Below the pieces are notes generated by a model. It was not told the origin of the DNA. It searched no databases and was given only the letters and a program-made list of their open reading frames with translations. A DNA stretch of 64,000 nt from Anaerolineaceae bacterium (GTDB taxonomy: Bacteria > Chloroflexota > Anaerolineae > Anaerolineales > Anaerolineaceae), in the NCBI GenBank assembly GCA_963674975.1, contig OY771913.1, forward strand, positions 2,315,484 through 2,379,483. The letters are read 5' to 3'. Below are positions 23,456 through 32,667 of this stretch, in pieces. Made by a program: the position numbers and the translations under genes. Positions within the stretch are counted from its first letter, which is position 1; every line of letters starts with the position of its first letter.

Positions 23456-25792
23456 TTATTCCCAGAGTATCCCAAATTTTTCAATACGGATATTCTGTTT
23501 GGTCGGTGTGAGTCGGATTTCATCGATAACCAGGGTTGAGGAATCCCATTCTTCCGAAAGCAGGTCTTTTTGTTCATTCAACTGTGATTGCAGATCTGCC
23601 AGTGCTTCTTCATAATCGCTTAAAACCTGCTGGGCATCCTGGAGTTTGGCTTGAGACTCCTGCATCATTCGGTTTTTTGTAAGAGAACTGGAGAGACCGG
23701 AAAGCTTCTTCTTGGTCACCAGGGTTAATAATGCCTGTGCTCCTTTTGCTCCCAACTCAAATTTACGATTATTGACTTCTTTTTCCAATTTTTCGACTTT
23801 TAATTTCTGACGATCCACCTTGTTTTGTGCGCTGGTGAGCTTGGTCTTGAATTTCTTTTCGGCTGCTTCCAGTTTCAACTTGATCTGCTCCTGCGCAGTA
23901 CCTGAAACTCTTTTTTCGAACGCTGCGCGTTCTTCCCCGATTTCTGAGATAAGGTTTGTCTCTTTACTGCGGAAAATTGCCAGCGAATCGGTTTCATAGA
24001 TCCAATGCTCGAATTCTTTCGAACGGTCAGACCACCACTTGGGATCATTCATCCATTCCGGCAGGCTTTCCGGATCGATTATTAAAGCGTCAGCGGTCGA
24101 AAAACTCTCGATGCCTGCGTCTGTTTCTATGTGTTCATCCCAATCCAACGCTCGTTGTGGAGGATCGGGCATGACCACGGTGATAGTGTGGTTGGCTTGA
24201 ACGGATGGGCTGCGGGAATAGAATTTCACTTCTGCCTGACCAAGCAGAGAGGTTTTCTTCCCTGCGGGTTTGCTTCCCTTACGGATGTATACTGCTGCTG
24301 CCGTGGAAGCGGTTGATTCAGCGGAAGGAACCGTAGAATATGGCTCAGATTTTTCCTTTTCTTGCGGTATCACTGCACTGGCTTGCACCCCTGCCAATTG
24401 ATTCAACGCCGGTATTTTCTGAATGGTGAGGGGTCCTGTCAGGTAATCCATTGCCCAACGGGTTTGAAAGATGACCGGCTGCTTTTCATTAACGTTCTGC
24501 AGCATGAATACGCGTTTCCCAAGAGAGGAGATCGTCTTATCCAGGGTAGAGCGGCTTAATCCTCCTGCTGCGCTTTCCAGACCATCCAGCAAACGCTGCT
24601 TATCCTGGTCAGTCTGCAGTCTCCCGATCATCCAGGTGCCTGCGTTGGAGAGAGCTTTGTAATCCACATCGATAGGATTCTGCGTGGTTAGTACCAGTCC
24701 CAGTCCAAAAGCGCGTGCCTGTTTTAGTAAGCGGATGATAAGCGGTTTGGAAGGAGGATTGGCAACCGGTGGGAGATATCCAAGGATCTCATCGAAATAT
24801 AAAAGGGAACGCAGGCTGGTGGTACCGCTCTGCTTGCGCATCCATGTATCGACAGCCGCAAACAGCAGTGTCACAAAGAACATGCGCTCGGTGTCATCCA
24901 GATGTGCCAGGTAGAAAACACTTTGGCGGGGTTTTCCTGAAGGAGAGTAGAGAAAACTCTCGATATCCAGTGATTGTCCTTCGATCCAGGATTGGAAGGA
25001 AGGAGAAGCAAGAACATTATTCAGCAGCAGTGCCAGTTCACTGCGATCTTTCTTGGGAAAAAATTTTTCGATGGAAAAAGCCCCTAGTTTTGTTATTGGT
25101 GGGTCTTGAATGAGCAGAATGAGAGTGGTCAGATCAAGTTCTGTGTTGTTTTTCCAGCTGTGTTCGATGATATTGGCGAGCAGGATATGCTCTCGAGAGC
25201 GGAGGGGGTCGATATCCTTGAATCCGACCAGGGTTAATAACGCAGAAACGGTGCTGGAGATCATATCACGCAGCGTTTCTTCATTTTCTTCCCAATCCAT
25301 CTCTGGTGGATTAAAAGAAGTAAGGATATTGACCGGCAGCCCTCTGCTGGAACCGGGTGTGTAGATGGCGCGGTCAACGCTGCCCTGTAATTCAAGGAGG
25401 TCTTCCTTCCCAATCCCCCAATCTTGAAGTCCTTTCTGCCAGTTCGAAGCAGTGATGGCAGCCATTTCAGGAATGGTCTTTTCTTCACTTCGTGCCAGAT
25501 CTGGATTGATCCAAGGTTCAAAATCGGAAGGTTTCAACTCGGGAAAATGAAGAAATAGGTTGGTTAAGTCACCTTTTGGATCGATGATGATCGCGGGAAT
25601 TTTCTGCATGGCGGCTTCTTCCAGCAGATCGATACACAAACCGGTTTTCCCTGAACCGGTCATACCGGTAACAATCGCATGTGTTGTCAGATCATCAAGG
25701 TCGTACAGAAGGGGTTGATCGGATATCAATTTTTTCTTTGATAGATCATAAAGTTTTCCAAGATAAAGTTCTCTATTCTTTCTTTTTACCAT
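23456..25792 (-). CDS. HerA/YjgR-like (DUF87/DUF853-type) P-loop ATPase with long C-terminal coiled-coil extension
   Basis: 778 aa. Walker A TGMTGSGKTG, IIDPKGD, Walker B LLYFDEI, ARAFGLGLVLTTQNPIDVD. The C-terminal ~170 aa are K/E/Q-rich with a heptad-like pattern. Confidence 0.7.
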   Translation of the reverse strand: MVKRKNRELYLGKLYDLSKKKLISDQPLLYDLDDLTTHAIVTGMTGSGKTGLCIDLLEEAAMQKIPAIIIDPKGDLTNLFLHFPELKPSDFEPWINPDLARSEEKTIPEMAAITASNWQKGLQDWGIGKEDLLELQGSVDRAIYTPGSSRGLPVNILTSFNPPEMDWEENEETLRDMISSTVSALLTLVGFKDIDPLRSREHILLANIIEHSWKNNTELDLTTLILLIQDPPITKLGAFSIEKFFPKKDRSELALLLNNVLASPSFQSWIEGQSLDIESFLYSPSGKPRQSVFYLAHLDDTERMFFVTLLFAAVDTWMRKQSGTTSLRSLLYFDEILGYLPPVANPPSKPLIIRLLKQARAFGLGLVLTTQNPIDVDYKALSNAGTWMIGRLQTDQDKQRLLDGLESAAGGLSRSTLDKTISSLGKRVFMLQNVNEKQPVIFQTRWAMDYLTGPLTIQKIPALNQLAGVQASAVIPQEKEKSEPYSTVPSAESTASTAAAVYIRKGSKPAGKKTSLLGQAEVKFYSRSPSVQANHTITVVMPDPPQRALDWDEHIETDAGIESFSTADALIIDPESLPEWMNDPKWWSDRSKEFEHWIYETDSLAIFRSKETNLISEIGEERAAFEKRVSGTAQEQIKLKLEAAEKKFKTKLTSAQNKVDRQKLKVEKLEKEVNNRKFELGAKGAQALLTLVTKKKLSGLSSSLTKNRMMQESQAKLQDAQQVLSDYEEALADLQSQLNEQKDLLSEEWDSSTLVIDEIRLTPTKQNIRIEKFGILWE

Positions 25793-25905
25793 TTCTCACC
25801 ATAAAAAAATTTGATATTCTTATTGTATAGGATAAACACCTGTTGAGTAGATATTTCGTAAAGACGGGTATATGGATATAATCAAATTATACAAAAGAGC
25901 TTATC

Positions 25906-28233
25906 ATGGGAATTGATTTTCATACATATTCTTTAAAAATCGTTAATGGTAAAGAACTGCCTGCGGGTGAAAATTTTCTTATCACAGCAAGCAATCTAAA
26001 GAGCCATCGCCATCGTAAAGGGGAAATTCTGGCTCTGCTCCTGGATTTCCGTCAAATATCGGAAGACTTCCGTCAAACACAGAGAAAGATGCTGCAGGAA
26101 GCAGGAAATACATTTTTCAGTACCCCGGGTTCTGTAACCAATGCGCTTCAGAGAACAGCCGGAACTATCAACTCGACCATTCTTGACTACAATCTGCAGG
26201 CAGGATCGGGAGAGCCGGTTGAAGCTTCGGCTTGTTTTGCCGTTTCTCATAACGGGTATTTATTTACTGCACAAATAGGCAGTCCCTATGTTTTTCATGT
26301 TGGGGCTGAGTCCTTTATACGTTTTCAGGCTGTTGATCCAAATGAAAGAGGGCTGGGGGCTTCACGCCGCTTTTCGCTGAATTTTCAGCAGGCGAAAATT
26401 GAATCTGGTGATCTGGTCATTCTTTCTACAAAAGGTCCCTCCACATGGGATGAAGAACATCTGAAAGACAGCTGCCAGCTCAGCATGGATCAGGTGCATC
26501 GGCGTTTGATGAATCAAATGAACATTGACCTGACTGCTGTAGTGTTGAAATGCCGCGAAGGAAGAGGTACCGTCCAGGAAGAGAAGTGGACTGAAAAACC
26601 TTCTCCGATCCTTCAAAATGAAGAATTGGTTGAGATGGATGGCGCGATCACTCATGATCACAAAATTGAAGATCAGGTAGAAGATGAACCAGAAATTGAA
26701 GAGCAGCAGATCATTGAGAATGAAGGGATACCAGCTGAAGAAAACTTCCACGGACAGGATTTCATTCCGGAATTGGATCTTGATGATCTGACCATTAAGC
26801 CTGGGCAGCCAGAAAAAGCTCCTTCAGAGGAACCAAAAGAGGCATACGTAAAAAAGCCCTCCCTCGTACAGAAAAATGAATTTGCCAGAAAGATACCGGG
26901 GGAAAAAATAAAAGGGGGAAAATCGAAGACGGCGGATGCCCTGAAAGAATTTTTCATAAGAATAGGCAGACGTATCACGGCAGAATCGAGTTCTCAGGAA
27001 GGAAGTAAACCATCGCGTGTATTAAGCACTCTGGTGATTGCCATACCGTTCATCCTGATCACACTGGCGGTTCTGGTTTATGTGTACAGCGGTAGAAGAG
27101 AGCAGCATAACGCGTATCTGGAGGAAGCACAGTCTTATATAACGCAAGCCAGTACTATTGAAGATACGGTGCAGCAGAGAGATTACTGGGCGAAAGCCTA
27201 TGATACGGTGCTGCAGGCGATGAAATTTGGAGACAGCGATCTGGCTGACACTCTTCTTGCTCAAACGCAGACGATCATCGATGATATGGATCTGGTGACC
27301 CGCCTGGATTTCAGACCGGCAACAACTTCGCAGTTTTCAGCAGATGTAGCACTTACGAAGATCAAAAGCAATGATTCCGGAATTTATCTGTTGGATAGTA
27401 CTGCGGGCAGGATCTACCGCACAAAAGCCAATACCAAGGGCTTTTATGAGATAGATTCCTCTTTCCAATGCGGTCCGGGTACCTATGGAGTGATAACCAT
27501 GGGAAACATCGTGGACTTCGCTATGCTGCCGACCAACACCCGTTCTTATGAACTGCTGGCTGTAGACGCCGGTGGAAACCTGCTGTACTGTTCACCTGAG
27601 AATGAGCCGGTGCCCAGCTCACTTATCCCTGCCGATGGCGGTTGGGGAGAAGTGGCTGCTATCAGTTTAGATGAATACACCCTGTATGTACTGGATGCGG
27701 AAAACGATCGTATCTGGAGTTATGCGGGGCATGATTTTGAAATTTCTGCCATGGCAGGCATTGTTTTCAGCAGCCATCCGGTTGACTTTTTAGGAACCGA
27801 AGAACTGGATCTGGGCGGAGCATTGGACCTCGTTGTGAATAAAGAGGATATCTTTGTTCTGCATGAAGATAGCCATATGACCACCTGTCAGTACAATGCC
27901 TATCGAGATGGGAATGCTACGGAATGCAGCGATCCAACCGCGTACAGCGACAGTCGTATTGGATATGAAAAGAATCCACTGGTCTATTTCGATTCACAGT
28001 TCCGCATCATTCAAGAAACCACTTACCCTAATTCAGCTTTCTATATTCTGGATGCTGCGCAGGGAGCGGTCTTGCAGTACAGCTATCAATTAAACCTGGA
28101 AAGAACATTAAAACCGCAGCCGAGTAAAACTTATCCGCTGCCGGAGGTTGCGATGACCGGTTTGGGGGTATCCACAGAAAAAGAGATCTTCCTGGCATTT
28201 GGGAACCAGCTTTATGTAGGGGATCTTCCTTGA
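25906..28233 (+). CDS. Hypothetical membrane protein: degenerate PP2C/SpoIIE-like N-domain, acidic linker, one TM, C-terminal repeat (propeller-like) ectodomain
   Basis: 775 aa. N-domain: ACFAVSHNGYLFTAQIGSPYVFHVG...GDLVILSTKG. TM: VLSTLVIAIPFILITLAVLVYVY. A repeated motif of the form (I/L/F)Y(L/V/I)LD...(I/L/V)(Y/W)(R/S)Y occurs four or more times. Confidence 0.5.
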   Translation: MGIDFHTYSLKIVNGKELPAGENFLITASNLKSHRHRKGEILALLLDFRQISEDFRQTQRKMLQEAGNTFFSTPGSVTNALQRTAGTINSTILDYNLQAGSGEPVEASACFAVSHNGYLFTAQIGSPYVFHVGAESFIRFQAVDPNERGLGASRRFSLNFQQAKIESGDLVILSTKGPSTWDEEHLKDSCQLSMDQVHRRLMNQMNIDLTAVVLKCREGRGTVQEEKWTEKPSPILQNEELVEMDGAITHDHKIEDQVEDEPEIEEQQIIENEGIPAEENFHGQDFIPELDLDDLTIKPGQPEKAPSEEPKEAYVKKPSLVQKNEFARKIPGEKIKGGKSKTADALKEFFIRIGRRITAESSSQEGSKPSRVLSTLVIAIPFILITLAVLVYVYSGRREQHNAYLEEAQSYITQASTIEDTVQQRDYWAKAYDTVLQAMKFGDSDLADTLLAQTQTIIDDMDLVTRLDFRPATTSQFSADVALTKIKSNDSGIYLLDSTAGRIYRTKANTKGFYEIDSSFQCGPGTYGVITMGNIVDFAMLPTNTRSYELLAVDAGGNLLYCSPENEPVPSSLIPADGGWGEVAAISLDEYTLYVLDAENDRIWSYAGHDFEISAMAGIVFSSHPVDFLGTEELDLGGALDLVVNKEDIFVLHEDSHMTTCQYNAYRDGNATECSDPTAYSDSRIGYEKNPLVYFDSQFRIIQETTYPNSAFYILDAAQGAVLQYSYQLNLERTLKPQPSKTYPLPEVAMTGLGVSTEKEIFLAFGNQLYVGDLP

Positions 28234-28246
28234 GCGCAGATCAAGC

Positions 28247-28696
28247 TTACCCTTTGTTCTGAAATCCTTCGGCGATCTTTTTTTCTAGTTTCTCCCCGAT
28301 ACCAGGGATGGTATGCAGCTTTCCTTTACTGGCAGCTTCTTGAAGTTCAGAGAGTGTCGTGATTCCCAGCGTTTTCCAGATCATTGCTGTGGTCTTTGGT
28401 CCTACTCCCGGCAGTTCAAGCCAATCCAGCAGGGCAGGCGGGATCTCATTTTCAAGCCGATCTAGAAAAGCAAGATGCCCGGTTTGATTCAATTCCTTAA
28501 TCTTTTCGGCAATGGCTTGTCCGACCCCCGGGATTTCTTTCAATGCATCGATTTCCATGTCAGAAAGACTGGCAGTGGTGCTGTGGATGCTTTCAGCCGC
28601 GCGTTCATAGGCAGTGATCTTGAAACCGCTTTCTCCCTTGATCTCAAGCAGTCTGGCAATCCTGGTAAAAATTCGAGCGATGTTATCATTATCCAT
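28247..28696 (-). CDS. Stand-alone PolX N-terminal module (8-kDa plus HhH fingers-like) protein
   Basis: 149 aa. NIARIFTRIARLLEIKGESGFKITAYERAAESI and two HhH motifs (IPGVGQAIAEKI, LPGVGPKTTAMI, plus IPGIGEKLEKKI) match the first ~150 aa of bacterial PolX. No palm, thumb or PHP domains follow. Confidence 0.65.
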   Translation of the reverse strand: MDNDNIARIFTRIARLLEIKGESGFKITAYERAAESIHSTTASLSDMEIDALKEIPGVGQAIAEKIKELNQTGHLAFLDRLENEIPPALLDWLELPGVGPKTTAMIWKTLGITTLSELQEAASKGKLHTIPGIGEKLEKKIAEGFQNKG

Positions 28697-28719
28697 ACAC
28701 TAATTATAGTGAAAAGGGA

Positions 28720-29853
28720 ATGTCTATGAACACAGAGATCCTGAAAATGATTAGAAAACCAACCTTGCTGGTCGATATGCAGAAAGTGAAAAGCAATATC
28801 GCGGCGATGAGCGGTAAGGCAGAAAAGAATAAAGTACTCCTGCGCCCGCATTTCAAAACACATCAATCCACGGCGATCGCTGACTACTACCGGAATGCAG
28901 GAATTTCGGCAATCACGGTATCGTCGGTGGATATGGCGCGTTATTTTTCCGATGCAGGATGGCAGGATATTCTGATTGCCTTTCCATTGAATTGGCGGGA
29001 AATGGATGAGATCAACGAGCTGGCTGCAAAAGTCAAGCTGGCAGTTCTTGTCGACAATGTGGAAAGCACTGGTTTTCTGGTGAAGAATGTACAGCATGAC
29101 ATGGGTGTTTGGATAAAAATTGATACCGGGTTGCATCGCGCAGGAGTGTGGTGGGAAGATATTCAGCAGATCGAGGAATTGATCAGCATACTGCAGCGAT
29201 CGTCCAAACTGCACCTGCAGGGTGTGCTGACCCATGCCGGGCAAACATATTCTGCTGATTCTCCCGCAGAAGCAAAAGAAGCCGCATTTGCTAGCAAACA
29301 GGCTATTATCAGGGTAAAAGAAGGATTGAATAAAAAAGACATTCACGATATCCGGGTTTCCATCGGGGATACTCCCGGCTGCTGTTTGATGGATGATTTT
29401 GAAGGAGCCGATGAGATCAGACCCGGTAATTTTATATTTTTCGACCTGGAACAGTGGAAATTGGGAGCATGCAGAGCTGACCAGATCGCCGTGGCGGTGG
29501 CTTGTCCGATCGTATCGAAAAATGATTTCCGTAGTGAGCTGGTGATTTATGGAGGAGCTATTCATTTTTCAAAAGAAGGTTTAAATTTCAACGGGAAAAT
29601 GATCTATGGTTTGGTGGCTGGTAAATATAATGAGATGTTCGGTGAGATCCAGACCGACTGTATTCTGACTACAACCACGCAGGAACATGGAGTACTTAAG
29701 GTAAATCCCGCTGCCTTTTCTCAATATCATATCGGGGATGTGATCCAGATTTTTCCGGTGCATTCCTGCCTGACTGTGCAGGCGATGGGAGAATATCTGG
29801 ATATTCGGACCGATAATTATCTATCTACGATGGTCATAAAAAAGAACAGCTGA
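28720..29853 (+). CDS. D-TA family PLP enzyme (alanine-racemase-fold; D-threonine aldolase / D-serine dehydratase-like)
   Basis: 377 aa. LLRPHFKTHQS is the PLP-Lys motif. The fold-type III N-domain is followed by a C-terminal beta domain. Confidence 0.7.
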   Translation: MSMNTEILKMIRKPTLLVDMQKVKSNIAAMSGKAEKNKVLLRPHFKTHQSTAIADYYRNAGISAITVSSVDMARYFSDAGWQDILIAFPLNWREMDEINELAAKVKLAVLVDNVESTGFLVKNVQHDMGVWIKIDTGLHRAGVWWEDIQQIEELISILQRSSKLHLQGVLTHAGQTYSADSPAEAKEAAFASKQAIIRVKEGLNKKDIHDIRVSIGDTPGCCLMDDFEGADEIRPGNFIFFDLEQWKLGACRADQIAVAVACPIVSKNDFRSELVIYGGAIHFSKEGLNFNGKMIYGLVAGKYNEMFGEIQTDCILTTTTQEHGVLKVNPAAFSQYHIGDVIQIFPVHSCLTVQAMGEYLDIRTDNYLSTMVIKKNS

Positions 29854-29875
29854 TGAAAAGCTGTTCTTTTATGTT
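29841..29875 (+). terminator. Intrinsic terminator overlapping the stop codon of the PLP-enzyme gene
   Basis: AAAGAACAGC-tgatgaaaa-GCTGTTCTTT followed by tatgtttt. Confidence 0.65.
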
Positions 29876-29885
29876 TTCCAAGAAG

Positions 29886-31088
29886 CTACCCGTATAAAAT
29901 AGTGATGGGTACCGGAATGAAGATGAGAATGAAGATGATGATCACCAGAATACCGAGTGCCTTCCGCTTCTTGTCCAGTTTTGTGATCTGATCCAGCGGT
30001 TCTGCATAGTTTCTACCCAGCATCAGAGCCAGCACCGCCCAGAACCACCATACATTCCAGAAGAATCCCAGCAGTACCAGCCCACAGATGATAAAAGGGA
30101 GCAGTTTTTTCGATGTTTTTGTGCCAAAAAGAGCCTGAATGATATGACCGCCATCCAGCTGACCGATCGGGATCAGGTTCAACATGGTCACGAACAAGCC
30201 TGCCCAGCCAGCCCAGGCAACGGAACTCAGCATTACATCTTCTCCTCCCAGAGGAATGGGATTCCCGGTGAAGAAGTATTTTGCCCAGAAAAACAGCTGG
30301 TAGAGACCGCTGGTGTTTGCGGGAGCAGGGAGCAATTTTCCGAAGGAAATGAATTTTAAAAGAAGGTAAAGCAGTGAATTTCCTTCCATTTGCAAAGCCG
30401 TATCGGCGGGTATTTCAAGCGGGAGCGTATAAACATCTGATAGATGCAGTCCGATCAGCAGCACGATGATCGATACCACCAGACCGCTCAGCGGACCTGC
30501 AACGGCAATATCGAAAAGCTGTTTCTTGTTCTTCGGGATGGAACGCATATTAATGAATGCGCCCATGGTGCCGAACGAGTTGAAAGGAAAGGGGATGAAA
30601 TAGGGAAGGGTGACATCCACGCCATGTTTTTTCCCCATAAAATAATGTCCGAACTCATGGGTGCCCAGAATGGCGAGCAGAGAAACAGCAAACGGCCAGC
30701 CATTTTTCAAGATCATCACTATTGCCTGCCAGGTGTTTTGTGGAAGGGTGGTATCCAGACTGTACAAGCCGCCTGTAAAAAGCACGCTGAAGAGCGTGAA
30801 GAGGAAAAGAAGCAGGTTGATGTGCGGTTTCGTTTTTGTCGTTTTTCGGTTGATCTCTGGAACCAGAAAGATAACCTGCTGTTCACCTTCCATGCGGAAA
30901 ACTGGTAGTAGTTTAAGGGGTTTCAGAGCGCTTTCAAGAGCGGCATAAGCGCTTTCACTATCAGGGTTACTGAGTTCTCCCGTGAATTTTGCGATGTAAG
31001 GGGTGTTTTGAGTGGGTCCGTAGGCAACGTCTTTGATCGTGAATTCTTTTGCGACTATCTCGTAGTATTTCAACTGGTCATTTTCCAT
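29886..31088 (-). CDS. Site-2 protease family (M50) membrane metalloprotease
   Basis: 400 aa polytopic protein with HEFGHYFMGKKHG (HExxH) and NLIPIGQLDGGH. Confidence 0.85.
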   Translation of the reverse strand: MENDQLKYYEIVAKEFTIKDVAYGPTQNTPYIAKFTGELSNPDSESAYAALESALKPLKLLPVFRMEGEQQVIFLVPEINRKTTKTKPHINLLLFLFTLFSVLFTGGLYSLDTTLPQNTWQAIVMILKNGWPFAVSLLAILGTHEFGHYFMGKKHGVDVTLPYFIPFPFNSFGTMGAFINMRSIPKNKKQLFDIAVAGPLSGLVVSIIVLLIGLHLSDVYTLPLEIPADTALQMEGNSLLYLLLKFISFGKLLPAPANTSGLYQLFFWAKYFFTGNPIPLGGEDVMLSSVAWAGWAGLFVTMLNLIPIGQLDGGHIIQALFGTKTSKKLLPFIICGLVLLGFFWNVWWFWAVLALMLGRNYAEPLDQITKLDKKRKALGILVIIIFILIFIPVPITILYG

Positions 31089-31166
31089 AAGACTCTATCC
31101 TGTGTGTATTGAGTATATTCTACTAATGACAGAAAAGGGGAAGCATAAGAAATTCCTTAAATTCAG

Positions 31167-31260
31167 CGGGAATGGATGGGAGTCGAACCCACCACGGACT
31201 GCCTGACAGCCCATCACCGGTTTTGAAGACCGAGGGGCCCACCGGGACCCTGCCATTCCC
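31167..31260 (-). tRNA. selC: tRNA-Sec (anticodon UCA)
   Basis: Reverse complement: GGGAAUGG-CA-GGGUCC-CGGU-GGGCCC-C-UCGGU-CUUCAAA-ACCGG-(long variable arm GGGCUG-ucagg-CAGUCC)-GUGGG-UUCGACU-CCCAU-CCAUUCCC-G. It has an 8-bp acceptor stem, a 6-bp D stem with a 4-nt loop, a long extra arm and a UCA anticodon, which are the bacterial tRNA-Sec hallmarks. Confidence 0.85.
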
Positions 31261-31303
31261 ATTTAAAGGATAAACCATTGCCGGATGATTGTAAAGAAAA
31301 AAT

Positions 31304-32032
31304 TTATTCATTCAGCAGAGTAAGTTTTTCTACACCTTTGACCTGAGAGAAGGCTGCCCCCTGAGCAATATATTCATGAACCAATACGGGATCTATCACA
31401 CGTACTCCTGCCAGGATATCCAATCCGAAGTCGAAAAGGATGGGAGTCATGGGAGTACTGGGACCCATCATGATCTTCAAGGCATGCTTGCTGCATAAAG
31501 AGAGATATTTCTCTGCCCAATTGTTAATGAGTGTATTGGCAGTCATAGCAAGGATATCAGCCCGGGGGATTAAATTCTCGGCTTCGGAAGGGGGATATTC
31601 ACCCTCGGCTGGCTGCAGGTCTATAATCCAGACGGTTTTTGCCACCTGTTTTACCTTTGAAGCGAATGGAAAATGCCCGATGAAAGCAACATTTTTTTCT
31701 CTGCCTTTTTCCATTAGGACGTCAGCGATATTCATAACCTTCCGTTGTGCTGCAGGAGGGGGATCGAGCAGGGAGTTCATGGCAGCCAGGGCAATGCTTA
31801 CTTCAAGCGTGTTCTGCGAGGAATGCAGGGCTGACAGTTCAAGAGCGCTCTTTTTCAACAGCGATCCGGCATCGGAAACGAGCTGCTTTCCATGTGGTTG
31901 GCAGCTTACTACCGTAGAAGCCATGCCGCTGTAGCGGCTGGTGACCAGGGTCCAATGCGCACATACCTCGATCATTTTCACGGGTTCATCGTGCTGTAAA
32001 GTAGAAAAGATTCTGGATAGGATAGCATTCAT
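31304..32032 (-). CDS. DUF4213/DUF364 (Rossmann-like, putative metal-chelation) protein
   Basis: 242 aa. The overall pattern (VAFIGHFPF, ADILAMTANTLIN, GPSTPMTP) matches my recollection of DUF364 proteins. Confidence 0.55.
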   Translation of the reverse strand: MNAILSRIFSTLQHDEPVKMIEVCAHWTLVTSRYSGMASTVVSCQPHGKQLVSDAGSLLKKSALELSALHSSQNTLEVSIALAAMNSLLDPPPAAQRKVMNIADVLMEKGREKNVAFIGHFPFASKVKQVAKTVWIIDLQPAEGEYPPSEAENLIPRADILAMTANTLINNWAEKYLSLCSKHALKIMMGPSTPMTPILFDFGLDILAGVRVIDPVLVHEYIAQGAAFSQVKGVEKLTLLNE

Positions 32033-32063
32033 ATCAACGATCTCACTAACTTGATTTTAAAAC

Positions 32064-32090
32064 AAAAGACCTCCTTTAGGGAGGTCTTTT
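32064..32090 (-). terminator. Terminator after the OsmC gene (symmetrical, could act in both directions)
   Basis: aaaaGACCTCC-tttag-GGAGGTCtttt. Confidence 0.65.
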
Positions 32091-32094
32091 CTGG

Positions 32095-32496
32095 TTATTC
32101 CGCTAGTACGATTTCCATCGGAGTGGTGTGCATGAGATTATCGGAAATGGGGCAGCGACGATCCACCTCTTCGATAAAAGCCTGCTTTTCTTCCTTGCTG
32201 AGGTCGGCATCGACCTTCATGGCAACTTTGAAGGATTTGAAACCAGCGCGATCTTTATCATCCTGACCACGCAGAACTTCCAGGTTCAATTCCCCTTCCA
32301 CCTCAACCGAGACATCGTGTAATATGATGCGCTTTTGATTTGCAACGATCTTGGCAACGGTGATCAAACAACCGGCTAAGGAGATGAATACATAGTCAAG
32401 TGGGGTTGGTCCTTTATCAGTACCGCCCATTGCCGAGGGCTGATCAACATAAGCAGTATGGGCACCGGCTTTGGTTTCGATTAAGAAATTTTCCAA
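32095..32496 (-). CDS. OsmC/Ohr-family protein
   Basis: 133 aa with GGTDKGPTPLDYVFISLAGC and the peroxiredoxin-like OsmC pattern. The track start is a TTG. The frame stays open upstream (..IATNKTVKVTAKG-LENF) to a GGAGGA at about 32530-32535 with no ATG/GTG/TTG, so the true start may be non-canonical (ATA or ATT). Confidence 0.8.
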   Translation of the reverse strand: MENFLIETKAGAHTAYVDQPSAMGGTDKGPTPLDYVFISLAGCLITVAKIVANQKRIILHDVSVEVEGELNLEVLRGQDDKDRAGFKSFKVAMKVDADLSKEEKQAFIEEVDRRCPISDNLMHTTPMEIVLAE

Positions 32497-32667
32497 GCCT
32501 TTCGCAGTAACTTTTACAGTTTTGTTGGTAGCTATAGTAATCCTCCTTATTATTTTAATTTCTATTATAACAAAGATGAAAAAACGAGCCTACTGGCTGG
32601 GAAAACGTGCAAATACTTTATAGAATTGAACACAAGGGATGACCTTCTGTGCAGATGGAACACGGTT

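Noticed and set aside
28540-29565. 341-aa minus-strand ORF
   Set aside because: It is antisense to the well-supported D-TA family PLP-enzyme gene and overlaps the PolX-N gene in another frame. The product is Cys/His/Phe-rich with no motif, so it is likely a spurious long antisense ORF.
31123-31311. 62-aa minus-strand ORF
   Set aside because: It is fully explained by the tRNA-Sec gene it overlaps.
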